Source of the DNA: Octopus bimaculoides
Taxonomy: Eukaryota
NCBI RefSeq assembly: GCF_001194135.2
Contig: NC_068998.1
Coordinates: 21,642,638 to 21,706,637 of the forward strand
DNA: 64,000 bases
Reading direction: 5' to 3'
The notes beneath the pieces are model-generated. The model ran no database searches. It saw only the letters and a list, made by a program, of their open reading frames with translations, and was not told the DNA's origin. Shown here piece after piece: positions 11,696 through 25,574 of the stretch. Within the stretch, counting starts at the first letter, position 1, and each line of letters starts with the position of its first letter. The position numbers and the translations under genes were made by a program.

Positions 11696-13455
11696 CATAT
11701 ATATATATATATATATATATAGTTTTAGGGAAAAGAACCAAGGTTCATGAACTCATCGAAGAACATCCATTGTCACGTATAGAAAAATTAATTGGTTCCT
11801 TTCCATAAAACTATATATTTATATATATTTCATTGTGTAACTTAATTTAATTTAAATTTTTAACAAATTGATTTTAATTGAGTTTTACCTGTAAATTTGG
11901 ATTTTATCCCTAATATTATATATATATATTTATGTATGTATGTATGTATGTATGTATGTGTGTGTATGTTTATGTGTGTGTGTGTTTGGTTGCCTGTGTG
12001 AGTCTGTATGAGAATATGTGTAAAGAGCCGCCCTTTTTCAGGTATGCTTCCTGGAGCTTGGTTCCCTCTTATCACATCTTATCTTTTGAAAAGTAATAGG
12101 AAATGAATACTGTAATTGAGTGTAACCTATGTATGAAAGTAACATCACTTATGAATGGAATGTTTATGATTATAGGTTTCATCAGCTACCCTGGCCTTGG
12201 TTTAGACAGGAATAACAAGAACTGAATGTTTCTTTGCATTGGTAAACTAACAATGGTTTGTAGTGTTAGGAAACCGGACGTTAAGACGGAACCTGGCATA
12301 TACCTATTATCCACTCAATGAGAATAATACAATTCTTTCTTGCATTTATAACATCGGAATGTCTGGGGTTTGTTAAATCCGAGGACTTAATTAGTGCATG
12401 GTATATACCTGATATCCTCTTAATGTGTTCAACGCTATGGTAGCTAGTTTAAGCCTAATGTGCATGGAAGAGAACGTAAATTGCTGAAAGCATGTGAAAT
12501 AAGACATCAACGTATTTAATGTTTTGTTAGTTACGTACATTCTTCATAAAAAAAAAGGAGAGACATGGTTTTAACGAAGTAAGTATATATATATATATAT
12601 ATCTTAGGGGAGAACTCCATATCTGTTGTATTGACTTATATTAAATTGTCTTCTGTTTCTGTTGTATAACTTTCGTTGTGCTAAAGGGAAACGATACTAC
12701 CAATAAAAATCTTTCATATCTTGTATAAACTAGAATAAATGAAAATATAATGGCTTATATAATCATCATTGAGGTTAGTTGTATAAATATTTTCGGTATA
12801 TTGTCTAATAATGTATGTTACCAATATTTCGAAAAAGGTTATGAAATAATTTCTTTATAATAGTTTTTAAAAAGCTTTTTTTTTTTAATTATTTATAACA
12901 TCTTATCGTTATTGTTTTTTTGTAAATAAATATAATATTCAATAGCTAATGAAGTGTGATTTACGAATGATTCAGTTTTGAAGTAGAGTAATTATGAATA
13001 TTGTCTAAAAACAAAATTAAATAAGAATTTAATGTATTATATTTGGAGTGGTTATTCTAGTGAGAAATACCGACATAAAACATCCGCTACTTCAAATAAA
13101 ATCTCTTAACTAACACGATGTTGATTAATAACGAGAAACTTCTGGAACTTAAGTATATATTTCATCAATTAAATTGAAAACAGCACGAAATTAAAAAGTT
13201 AAAATAATTTTTATATGAATTATCATATCCTGTTACAACCTTGCTAAGCTTTTAGAACAGTTATAATAAAGTAGTAATGAAGCCTTATAAAATGTAAGAA
13301 TCAGTAAGAGACTGGTTAATGTGAGAAAATCTGATAAAATCATTAGAATAAAACATAATATAATAAAGAGAAAAGAGGTAAGATAAAAAGTGGAAGTAAG
13401 AAATACTGAACAAGCAGAGAAGCAAATCATAATAATGGCAATGAGATTGATAAGA

Positions 13456-13668
13456 AAGGTGGCGAACTGGCAGAAACGTTAGCAAGCCGGGCGAAAGGCT
13501 TAAGCGGTATTTCGTCTGTCTCTGAGTTCAAAATCCTCCGAGGTCGATTTTGCCTTTCATCTTTTCAGGGTCAATAAATTAAGCACCAGTTGCATACTGG
13601 GGTCGATCTAATCGATAGGCCCCCTCCACCAAAATTTCAGGTCTTGTTACTAGAGGACAAAAGAATAA
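13456..13668 (+). mobile_element. SINE, abundant family with a GCCTTTCATC..GGGGTC(G/A)ATAAA core
   Basis: Aligns by eye with the copies at 20090, 30292, 36592, 40548 and 50346. It has a degenerate head and a gagttcaaa B-box-like motif. Confidence 0.85.
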
Positions 13669-13822
13669 TATTGATAAGAGTTATAATTTTGACAAGAGCG
13701 TACTCAACACCAATTCAGCTACGTAGGTCTAGCATATAATTTTAAAATTCTTAAGTTTGACAAGCGTATCAAATCAGCAAAAATCCGAAAATTGAAGAAA
13801 AAATATAATATGAAGACCATAC

Positions 13823-13924
13823 TTGCAATCGACACCACCGTAGAAAGTATCAAGCAAAAGGTATGTACTAAACTGCCCGTATACCAAAGTATGAAAAGCG
13901 CGTTAGATTCTTCAAGGGCAACAA
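13823..13924 (-). CDS. Candidate exon (102 nt, phase 1-1), hydrophobic
   Basis: Acceptor tatttttgaacAG and donor GTATGG. A single frame is open: VALEESNALFILWYTGSLVHTFCLILSTVVSIA. Confidence 0.28.
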
Positions 13925-14418
13925 CTGTTCAAAAATACCCCAACAATTTTTACAGGATGGTATGCAAAATACCAGTTACAGTAAAGTCTGATTCTTTATT
14001 ACCTAGAAAAGGCTAAACATAGATGCTTGACGACAATACAAAACATGACAAAACATAAAGTCGGGGAAATAAAAATTACAAACAGATGAAATAAAGAGAA
14101 GAAATAAAAGAAACGAATGATAATATGAAAGAGTGAAAAATCAGGTGCGATGCCCCCCTGAAGTCGAGTGGTTACATGTTTTCTCAGTCTTTTCTCGTTT
14201 CCGTTAAAAAAGTCCACATATATATATATATTTTTCTGAGTCTTTTTTTCACATTAGTACATAATATCTTTTTTTCAGTGTTTCCTTTTTCCAAATTACA
14301 AGTTCTAATTCTTTACGTTGTTTACATTATTTACAATTGACGGATATTTGTCCTCATCTTGTTTGTTGTTTGGGAAAGTTTCGAACCTGGGTTCTCATTC
14401 CTAAGGTATTTTTCGATG

Positions 14419-14419
<1 letters not shown>

Positions 14420-14489
<70 letters not shown>

Positions 14490-14490
14490 A
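14420..14490. repeat. (ATT)n microsatellite
   Basis: Read directly from the sequence. Confidence 0.95.
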
Positions 14491-14589
14491 ATTAATATTA
14501 TTATTAGTATTATTACTTTATTTTTATTTAGGTCACTGCCTAGAATCAAACTCGAAATCTTGGGGTTAGTAGACATTACCTTTCTGTGA

Positions 14590-15508
14590 CTACTTGGGTT
14601 CTGTTGAATTCTCCCTTTGTTCTCTTCTTGTGGGGCTGACAAACCCGTCACTCCCAATCTTTACTTCTTTCGCCTCACTCTTTTCCTTCTCTTTAACATC
14701 CCTGATACCCTTCTCCTCGCTCTTGTCATTCCTTGTTTGTAATCTGCCTTCCGTCTCCCCTCCTGCTCATTCTCCTTCACCCTGTCGCTATGCGTATACT
14801 CAAACAAGGAGCACTGAGTCTTCATGTGGCTCCTACTCCGAATATGTAACAGTTTGGTCTCCGACCTTCTACAACCACATTCAATGCTTTTTTCTTCCTC
14901 TATCTCAATCTGGTAGGGGATCAGTTCTATGTCCTCAAATGTTGCAATCGCCACATCTGAATCCCGAATCCTCATCAGTTCAGCTGTTTCGTCTCTTCAA
15001 CTGGTTCTGGGTCGTCGTCTGTTGTAGCCAGGATGGTCGCCACCAACGACTCAGTTTTAATTTCGGGTGGCACTCTTGCTATCCTAATTCTGATACTGCG
15101 CCTTCCCCTGTATATGGGTAATAACGCCACCTCATCTGTCCTCAGAATTGTGGTAGAGTGTGAGGCCGCCTCTTCCTTTTTGGCAAACCTCACCTCTACC
15201 GTGCCGAATCTTTTTCTTCTGTCAATGTACTTTGCTTTTTTAGTAATTTCTCCTCCTAAGCATTCTTCGATTTGTGCTGTTATTCACTTTATCTTGTTAG
15301 TGGTGACCGCTTGAGAGCGATCCACCACAGTTTTCTCAGTTTTCTCTTTTACAGTCTCTTGCGGAGGAATCAACTTAATGGCATATCCCTCCTTCTTTAT
15401 CAGCTCATCGCTCCTCAAAATTTCTTCCAAGCCAATATCAATCTGTCTTGCTTCTAACGGCGCAGTTGTCCTCGCCGCCGCGGTCTTCGTGTAGCTCTCC
15501 GTATTGGA
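14590..15508 (-). mobile_element. Decayed gag-like ORF1 of a non-LTR retrotransposon with a degenerate CCHC knuckle
   Basis: Joined frames read ...RRKRFGTVEVRFAKKEEAA..IRIRIARVPPEI..VVVEGRRPNCYIFGV/RSHMKTQC. This is Cx2[C>F]x4Hx4C with one frameshift. The region is higher in GC than its flanks. Confidence 0.6.
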
Positions 15509-15509
15509 A

Positions 15510-16290
15510 GAGTAAAATCTGTGCCATTAAAAGAAGTGCAAGAATTTTGGAATAAAATTTGGGCGGAAGAAAAAACAAACAATGAAAAGGCTCCTTGGAT
15601 TGATAGAATATCCACGGGCAGAAACTCCTTGAAAGAGCAAAAACGGGAGGGGATCAAGGCAGAGGATGTACGATCTGCTTTCATGAAATCAAGCAAATGG
15701 AAGTTTTCAGGAAAGGATAAAATTCCTAACTTCTAGTTGAATGCCGTTCCAGAGAGCCATGAACTGCAAACAAAACTTTACAGCAATGTTTTGCAACAAT
15801 CTAGTATGAATCCCTCTTGGGTAGTTAATGGTGTTACATTCCTATTTGCAAAAAATGAAGAAACAAATAAATCAAAACATTTTAGACCCATCACCAACTT
15901 AACAACAATGTATAAAATGTGAACATCTGTATCGATTGAATATACCTATAGTTTTTTAATAGAAAGTGGCATATTCCCTAATGAGCAAAAAGGATGTAAA
16001 CGTTGGGGCTGTGGTTGTACAGATCAGCTAGTTATCGACAAGATGATCTTGGAAGATTGTCACAAACGACACAAAACCTTGTCGATAGCCTGGATAGATT
16101 ATAAAAAAGCTTTTGTTAGTCTACCACATAGCTGGATTAAGAAATGTCTAGGAATGTATAAAATGGCACCTGCTCTGCGAAACTTCTTGTCTGTAAGTAT
16201 GAGATCATGAAGAACCACACTGACTTTGAACAGAGACAATGAATCTCTCAATGCTGGAGATCTAAAAATTTCATGTGGCATTTTCTACAT
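15510..16290 (+). mobile_element. R4/Dong-clade RLE non-LTR retrotransposon RT fragment
   Basis: Frames give EFWNKIW, KWKFSGKDKIPNF, FRPITNLTTMYK, EQKGC, DQLVIDKMILED and AWIDYKKAFVSLPHSWI, with stops between segments. Confidence 0.9.
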
Positions 16291-16432
16291 GTGGCATGAA
16301 GATATTTCTCTACTGCCCCTGCCACTTCCTCTCCCCAAGATTTCTACTCTAACATTTCTTAGCATTCACTCACCCTAAGGACGATAGGTGTGTCTCGGTG
16401 AGTGATTGTAACAAACATGCAGATGAAAAGTA

Positions 16433-16473
<41 letters not shown>

Positions 16474-16599
16474 TTCCTACTATAGGCACAACACCTAAAA
16501 TTTGGGGGGAAGTGGTTCGGATATTGCATAAAACTTGCATTCTTAATCATTTGTAAGTTGGTGTCGTTCTAACATGATAATGGTTAGCTACATATTACC

Positions 16600-16900
16600 C
16601 AGGTGGTGTATGAAAAGATTACAGTCCCAAAGAAGCAATTTTATCTCATCCTCCTTACATTTCTGACCTTGTTACATCTGACTATCATCCTTTGAGATTA
16701 TTACAAAATTAGCTTTAAGTGAAAACAATTTATTAAATGTGAAGCTGTTAAAAAACATATTAAGATATTCTTTGCTTCAAAATCAGAAGACTTTTACCCC
16801 TAGGGGAACAACAATTTGTGAAATACACGGAATTATATCATCAATAAGTGGGGGAAAATACTATCTGGTTGAAATAAATCAATTAAGACTAAATAAGCAT
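16600..16900 (+). mobile_element. Mariner transposase C-terminal relic
   Basis: LSHPPYISDLVTSDYH resembles HPPYSPDLAPSDY and is followed by IFFASKSEDFY. It is heavily decayed. Confidence 0.65.
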
Positions 16901-17395
16901 TTGTTTCTTTTCCTACTTTGAATGCAACAAAATTTTCTTTCTAAACAAATATAAACGTATTTTGTTCCCAATTTTTATCTATTGCACACACGGGCTCAAT
17001 TTCCAACAACATTACGAGAATAACATACAAAAACTCATAATGCCACTTACATTAAATAAAAGTCACAAAATAAAGGATATATATATAAAAGGAAAGTAAA
17101 ATTTGCCTACAGGAGAAAACTACCTAGAATAGTTCGAGGGATGCTCAACATAAATGTTCGAATTGCTGCGCATCTTTCAATTTCTGTATTCCCTCTCAAT
17201 TTCATTTCTTCTATATAGAAAGCACTTTATACTGTACGCATACAGCGTCAGTATCCACACGCTTTCTCACAACTTTTCTTTAAGCCAACAACAAAGTAGT
17301 CTCATCTTCGCTGCCTCATTTTCTTAAGCAATTGAAACTTGAACAAGTGCATAACTGTTTAATTAGAGTGGAAAATATATATAATCAAAACTTAC

Positions 17396-17576
17396 GACAG
17401 TATCCACGACGTATCTTTATTCCTTACAGCCTGTAGATAGAGGTACACTGGCCATACTTCTGTGCCAAATACATTGAAGCATTGATTTTCATTATAGACA
17501 CGCCTGGTAGCTGAATCCGTGTTGCATGCCTCAGTAATTGTTCGAATGAAGCCTATTGGTGTCCATAAATCCAAAG
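17396..17576 (-). CDS. Candidate exon (181 nt), unidentified gene
   Basis: Acceptor ctcaatttcAG and donor GTAAGT, with an alternative GTAAGG donor giving an exon end at 17428. Only one frame is open: LDLWTPIGFIRTITEACNTDSATRRVYNENQCFNVFGTEVWPVYLYLQAVRNKDTSWIL. Confidence 0.55.
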
Positions 17577-20089
17577 CTGAAATTGAGTAGTCAGACTGCT
17601 ATTACAATATTTTTGTTAGGAAAAAAAATGTTGTAAGTTTTCTTGTTATTTTTGATATTTTTGTTGCTGTTGCGAGAATTATGTGAACGACAAAATAATC
17701 AATGTTCATGCGCACTCGATATATATTACAATGGAGGAGAGAAATTCCTAGCAGCCTTGCCTGCAGACCACCATATTCCGCAATTTCGATATAATTAGAT
17801 CATTTTCAGGGATCATAATATATTTTATTTCAAATAATAGGAAAGTTAAAACGTTCGTTGGTACCGGGTCTGAAAGACATTTCTCAGAAATAAACTTATT
17901 TTTATAAAGAAATCAACAAATTGTAAATCTAAACGAGAGCTGCGCGTAAATATGTTCTGCCAAGAATTGGCATAATAATGGTAATAATGAAAATAATAAA
18001 ATAATAATGTGTGGTCATCTAAATAGTATTTCAACTGTGCTCGTATGAGATATTGCATAAAATTGATAGTTTAAGGGATTTTTAGATTAATCCCTGAAAT
18101 GTTTATTTTCAAATTTAGTGGCTAAAACGTCACCTCCAGTGTAATAAGAATACTCGTACAGAATGAAGACTGCAATATAAAGTATTATGTGTAATATAAT
18201 GTTTATTTGGGTTCAAAGGTATGGCGTATTATTACATAACATTTTGAAGCATTTTACTGGCATAGTCAACGTAATAATTATCTGGGCTTAAACAACTGTG
18301 GAAAAGAACGCACACACACGACTAGAATTCTAAGTGTGATAAAATAATTTGTCTCTGTGAAAGGGTTATACTCCGGCTAGTTCTAAATCACTGAGATAGA
18401 TAAACAAAATAGTTCTGTTTCGGTAGAGCACCAGATTCCTTTCTAGTGAATGATACCAAAGATCAGTTCTAAACACATATTATTCACGCCATCATATATA
18501 AATAAGCTCACAAAATGTCTTCGTATATATAAAACGAATAGAAAGAGAGTAAACAGGGGTGGCGTTAGTACAGAGTTTAGCTAGATATAAATGAAATTTA
18601 AAAAAATTATATCTGGGCGATTCTCCACAATATTCTTTTCTCTGGGACATTCAGAGCGTTCAAAAATATTTGATGGTAAAACTCATACGTATTAATGGCC
18701 AAATATTTGCAGAATGTAGCATTGTTGATTGGGAAATCATTTCCTACAGATCTTTACAAACCTTGTATCCTGCAGCAATTTACTAATCTGAAATTTCATC
18801 TGATCTGTTCATCACGTATCCACCGAACAGGAATTCCTATCAGAATTCACTATTGTTAAGCAATATTAAATAATGATTTGCTTGATTTCCTTTTCACTTG
18901 TTTTGTTTTCTATAATTGAAATATTCCAAATCTAGCTTATCTTATTCACATTATTTCTCATGCATGTTTTTCTTTTTCCTATTGTCATACATTTACTATT
19001 TGAAATGCAATTACAAGTACATTGCTTGAGCTTGCTCTGTATTATATGATAAAGTTTAAAATAAATATTCTAATGATCTTCCAATACATAATGTATGAGA
19101 ATTCATGAAACGCTTTCATGCAATCTGATCAGTATCTCTATATGTGATTCCAGTATTACACAGACACCAGCAAGAGAGAGAAAAAAAACGTGCTTTTCCA
19201 TCCTGTTTCAAGTGGAAAGATTAATGATTAATGTGATGTTTTCTGTTTTACATATGATTATATGAAGTCCTCTATATTAATAATGATTGTGAATCTATCG
19301 TTGTATGGTTCTACATGATGCTTGTTAATTATATAAGTATAGCATGGTAAAATGAGTCAGCTGTATTGACAAAAAATTGCTATCAACAGTAAACATCTAA
19401 AGAGAATACATATTCATTAGCTGTTTCACATGGCTCTATAAGTAAAACGATTGAATCTGTATATAAAACCTCTTCGAAATATTTGAATATGTGTTGACTT
19501 TGATTCATTGGCATTGTCGCTATCTATTGAATTATTTCAAATATCGGGGTAGACCTGGTAAGATGTAACAGATTAAAAGCACAAAGAAAAAAAAACTAAA
19601 ACAGTATCAATGAAGCATAGATAACGAATAGTTAAATGTTTCTGTTGAAAATGTTTTTGTAATTTCCATCCATTTGAAAATCTGTTTTGTTCCCTATGGC
19701 AATTTTATAAGAGACACATTAACTGTTGTATCTGTTGAAAATGTTCAGTTTGCAGCTATTTAGTTCTGAGTTCGATTTCTTTTGATGAATATGTAGAGGA
19801 ATATTTTACGTAACAGGGATGAGATTAATTCAATTTCATCTGTAGATTAAATAGATAATGCGGCAATGAATGGGGCAGTTCACAATATACTAAATAAACT
19901 CTATTACTATTTCACAAAGGCACCATAATCAAATATGACATGCCAATATTCTTTTCAGTATACATTCCTTTGAGAAAACCAAATTATTTGTTAACTTTTC
20001 GGTACCCTTGATCGAAAATAACTATGATGAAAGGCGCCCAACCCTTGGTCAGTCACTATTTTTTATGTAGCTAATATAATAAGATAATG

Positions 20090-20292
20090 CAAGGTGGTAA
20101 GCTGGCAGAATAATAAACGCGGCGGGTGAATGACTTAGCTGTTCGTCTTTACGTTCAAATTTCATCTAGGTCAACGTTGCCCTTCATCGTTTCGGGGTCA
20201 ATAAAATATGTAGTATCTGAGCACTGGGATCGATGTAATGAGCTTATCCATCCCTCAAAATTGCTGGACTCGTGCCAAAGGTTTAAACCAAT
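20090..20292 (+). mobile_element. SINE (same family as 13456), older copy
   Basis: aaggtggtaagctggcag...ttgcccttcatcgtttcggggtcaataaa aligns to the 13456 copy. Confidence 0.75.
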
Positions 20293-22171
20293 ATAATAAG
20301 GTATTGCCTAATAGGTATTTTCTTCATATTAAAAGGAGAACTGGTTGGTAAATAATGTGTACGAGACAGAACAACCTACCTACAGATTTGCGCAAGTATA
20401 CCAAGGAAAAACACCTGTCTGTATTTCCCGAATCGAGAAATTCATGTAGTTACAAATTGGTCTATAAAAACTAAATCGTGGTAATTACAACAACTCATTT
20501 TATATATATTAAGTTGAATTTAATTTAGGAAATGTATTGCTGCATTACATGATAATATGTTTGTGAGATAACGCTCTGAGAGTATTTACTTTTTTTACAT
20601 GTCAGGAATGTTCATTTAAATTTCTTTAAATACCACTCAATACACTTAATTACGTCTTAGCGCAAACATCTCCGGACAAAGGAACACGCCATAGACTCCT
20701 ACCGTGGACAATTTCACTGGCATGTTTGTTTAGGTGTCTAAATTGGCCGAGGCAGATCGATATAAATTTCCTTTCATTGCACTTTTATGCAAGATAACGA
20801 ACACAACAATGATCTGACCCCAGAATTTTTTAGATTTATACAATCGATACATTCTGTCACAATCATTCTGTACAATAACGAAATATATTAGAAACAGCAA
20901 AAGAATGTGGATGTCAAGAATTTGTCATGAGTAGGAATAACGTTATTTATAGGAATAGGATTTAAAAAGATATTCAAAGCCGCACCAAGAGCTTACAAGC
21001 ATATTAAATTAGTTGAATAGATGGAATTTCATTAGGGTTTAATTCACTTTTATTAAAGTGTTGTCTTCATATATACCCACTATAAAGATTTAGTAAAAAG
21101 GGGCAATTAATTATTTGTAGTTTCGTCGTAGTTTTATCATCACGGAAAAACTATGATTATAAAATAAAGAATTAGGAAAATTAGGAAAGCTAGATTTACA
21201 TTGCTTTAAAATAACTCCAATATCCGGTAAGGAGATAATATTTTAGGTCGGAATAACGAAAAAATATTCTTTCATTTGGTAGTCTTTCATAATACTGTAA
21301 AGTTGAATCAACAAAATCAAATGCACTTTAAAATGTGGACGCCCAGATTTCAAAACATTTGAATATCTAGGTCACTGTTATGAATCTAACGCTTGATAGA
21401 AAGCACGTATAATTACGAAAATGAGTTATCTGCAAAATACCAAATTCTATTAATTTCAGATTGACACTGTATGTATAAATTTAGAAATCTTTTATATATA
21501 AGAAATTCTGTTTCTAAAGAAATTCTGTTTCAAACAATGTGATATTTAGCTTTAGCTGTTTAAACCAAAATTGCCATCACTAAAACGACGTGGATTCAAT
21601 ACAAAATGTATAGTGTATTTGAATATTTGGATCGTTCTTAAAGCATAATCTTCCCGGGTGATGTTACTGAGGTTGAAACAAGCTTGCTTTTAATAAGGAT
21701 ATGGAAATTAAAAGTAAATAAAGACTATTTAGTTATATCCCCTCTTTCTTTCTCTCTCTCTCTCTCTCTCTCTTGCTCTTTCCATTTCTCAGAGATTACG
21801 TAATAGCCTTCAGAGCACAGGTCAGTATAAATCTAAAGAAAATCTGGATAAGATTCGGTATTATATCATGAGAAAACTTAGTCGAAGAATCTTAAAGTGA
21901 AACTGGATTATTACACAAGCTATTATTTATAAACTGCAGAAGTCGAACGCTTAAATAAGATTAACTGATGAAATAAGCAGGGTATTTGTGTGCAAGCCTG
22001 CCAGAAATAATAATCCAAATATTCTCTAAATCACGCATAATTTTGGTAAAATAGTACACGTAGAATACAGGCTGAGATAGAAAGGAGTGAAACGGAAAAA
22101 AAGAGTGTATGTGTGTAAATATGCGCAAGCATACTTGTATGGGTGTGTGTACGTGTGTATGTGTGTGAGGA

Positions 22172-22257
<86 letters not shown>

Positions 22258-23025
22258 CGAGAAACGCAATGGTTACATCAGGAAAAAATTTTAATGAAGC
22301 CTAATATGCAATGATAATTACAAAACGAAATTAGTTAAAGCATCCAACATATTAACCATGAATTGCAATAATAATTACAGCTTATTAATTTTGGACTGTT
22401 GTTTTTTTTGTAACGAAGTTATTTTGAAATGTATATCTAGTAAAATGAATTCCAAGTATGTTATTGTAAAAGAATAAATGATCAAAAGGTGCACATTAAT
22501 TTCAAGCGAATTTGAAAAAATTCCATAATGTTTAGGTTGTCAAAAGGCTATATATTTTAAGTGGCGAAATAAGTCCATGAAGATATTTTCTGTTACTTTT
22601 TGAAGCGACAAAGCAAATAAGTAAACCAGCAATACAAAAAGAAAAAAAAGAGATTTAAAAAAATTTCATCGTCTCTTAAAAATGAAAAGGTATGTATGTG
22701 TAGTTACAGATTATTGTCCATCTCATTTCGTACTCAATATACAAAGATTCCACTTTCTGTGAATGCAAATGAATTCCCTGAACAATATTACTGTGGTCAT
22801 ACGCTCCATTTGCTCCCAACATCTGCAGCGCAGAAGTTGAGGCTTATGCTTCTTTAAGACAATTTGCTAGCCTTTGTTTAGTACGTAGTCAACAGACCTT
22901 AACTCAAAAGCTTTCTAGTCTTCAACATTATGTTATTTTCGTTATAAGGATGATCTATTCTAAATCATCATTATCCCATGTGACTATTTCTTCAGTACGA
23001 TAGTATTTGTATAGTTCATGTATAC

Positions 23026-23089
23026 CTGACATTTTTCGCACATCAAATGTGAACATACAGCCTCTGGGTTTGAATCGACAAGTAGATTC
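23026..23089 (-). CDS. Candidate exon (64 nt), unidentified gene
   Basis: Strong acceptor tttccccccctgttttctAG and donor cag|GTATAC. Open frames are ESTCRFKPRGCMFTFDVRKMS and NLLVDSNPEAVCSHLMCEKCQ. The first is phase-compatible with the 17576 exon. Confidence 0.45.
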
Positions 23090-23569
23090 CTAGAAAACAG
23101 GGGGGGAAACTACTCTAAGAATGGTTTATCACTGCAAAATGCTTAGGTTTGAACCATACTTCAAATATCTATATCGCCGTGTATAATAAAAACTAGAGAG
23201 GAAATAACGATTCAATTCTTTTGCACCTGTACGATTTCCGAGATTGGAAGCCGATTTTGGTATTATTTATTTAACATTACACGTGTTTCATTTTCTAATA
23301 TGTATTACAAAATTATACACTAGGAGAAAGATGTAAGGTATTAGAAGTTACTCTGTCAGAAATATATTCCTGGAGTTTCTGAACTCATGCATACCACACA
23401 CAAATATAACAGTTACCTACGATTTCGAAGTATTAGAATAAGCAGACGTACTTCAAGAGTATACAGCTTCCATTATAACCCTACCTCCATCTACATATTA
23501 TTCTAGTTTTCTTTTAAACGTTGTAATCATTATTATTAACATTGCTAATACACAAACACACACACACAT

Positions 23570-23615
<46 letters not shown>

Positions 23616-24160
23616 NNNNNNNNNNNNNNNNNNNNNNNNNNNNNNNNNNNNNNNNNNNNNNNNNNNNNNNNNNNNNNNNNNNNNNNNNNNNNNNNNNNNN
23701 NNNNNNNNNNNNNNNNNNNNNNNNNNNNNNNNNNNNNNNNNNNNNNNNNNNNNNNNNNNNNNNNNNNNNNNNNNNNNNNNNNNNNNNNNNNNNNNNNNNN
23801 NNNNNNNNNNNNNNNNNNNNNNNNNNNNNNNNNNNNNNNNNNNNNNNNNNNNNNNNNNNNNNNNNNNNNNNNNNNNNNNNNNNNNNNNNNNNNNNNNNNN
23901 NNNNNNNNNNNNNNNNNNNNNNNNNNNNNNNNNNNNNNNNNNNNNNNNNNNNNNNNNNNNNNATATAAATTATACAAGAATAACTGAAGGCAGGTTTGTT
24001 TTTGCTTTTCACTTTGGTTTTTTGTTCTATGTGTGCCATAAATATCGCCATCCATTTAGAGAAAAATTTGTAGTTTAGAATCAGTAGTTCTTTGACTGCT
24101 ATTTCTAGATTTTCAGTATGCTGGAGAAGCAACCCATTGCTAATCCCTGTATATTTATGA

Positions 24161-24194
<34 letters not shown>

Positions 24195-24851
24195 GTTTCT
24201 GTAAATATACACATAAAACATATTCAAAATGTGTGTGAAGTGTATTACGAATCTCGTGAAACTGTAGGTGACATGGACTGTTTGAATTCTACCTATAGCA
24301 GGAAGTATTTATCTGAACGCCTCACACACTTAAGAAAAAATGTAATATCTCTGGTTATAATTCAACGCTGTAGAGAAAAATATATACAACTGTGACCGTC
24401 AAGGTGACTATTATAAATAAAGGGCATAAAATGAATACAGCAAGGATATGTGACTGACTGATAAGGGTTCATGGAATTATAAATATTTCAGTTGGAAGGG
24501 TAACGCTTTAAAAGGTAGCTGCTGAGTAAAATAAGACGATCGTTGACCTAAGGTAAACTAGATATATATGACAAGGAAGCACAATTATTAATTTTAAGTA
24601 TTTCTGATGTGATAAAAGATAAGAAAGAGGTGAGTTTATAATACGATTTGATTTGAAAACAGGACCATAAGAAAACGTATAAGTGGTCGCGAAACGATAC
24701 GTCTTATCTACCTATGTATTACGTGGCTGTGTGACTAATAGAGAAGACAACTTTAAAATAAATACGTGCGGTGCCATAAACACATACATACACACACACA
24801 TATTCACATATATTTATCCGTGTTTTTTGTGTATGTACATATATACGCACG

Positions 24852-24882
<31 letters not shown>

Positions 24883-24951
24883 ATGTATATACATATACGT
24901 ATATAATCGTACATATACATATGTATATACACGTACATATATGTACATATA

Positions 24952-24986
<35 letters not shown>

Positions 24987-25542
24987 NNNNNNNNNNNNNN
25001 NNNNNNNNNNNNNNNNNNNNNNNNNNNNNNNNNNNNNNNNNNNNNNNNNNNNNNNNNNNNNNNNNNNNNNNNNNNNNNNNNNNNNNNNNNNNNNNNNNNN
25101 NNNNNNNNNNNNNNNNNNNNNNNNNNNNNNNNNNNNNNNNNNNNNNNNNNNNNNNNNNNNNNNNNNNNNNNNNNNNNNNNNNNNNNNNNNNNNNNNNNNN
25201 NNNNNNNNNNNNNNNNNNNNNNNNNNNNNNNNNNNNNNNNNNNNNNNNNNNNNNNNNNNNNNNNNNNNNNNNNNNNNNNNNNNNNNNNNNNNNNNNNNNN
25301 NNNNNNNNNNNNNNNNNNNNNNNNNNNNNNNNNNNNNNNNNNNNNNNNNNNNNNNNNNNNNNNNNNNNNNNNNNNNNNNNNNNNNNNNNNNNNNNNNNNN
25401 NNNNNNNNNNNNNNNNNNNNNNNNNNNNNNNNNNNNNNNNNNNNNNNNNNNNNNNNNNNNNNNNNNNNNNNNNNNNNNNNNNNNNNNNNNNNNNNNNNNN
25501 NNNNNNNNNNNNNNNNNNNNNNNNNNNNNNNNNNNNNNNNNN

Positions 25543-25574
<32 letters not shown>

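Noticed and set aside
22740-22860. CGHTLHL resembling the hAT CxxH motif
   Set aside because: It is a single short motif with no other transposase features or termini.
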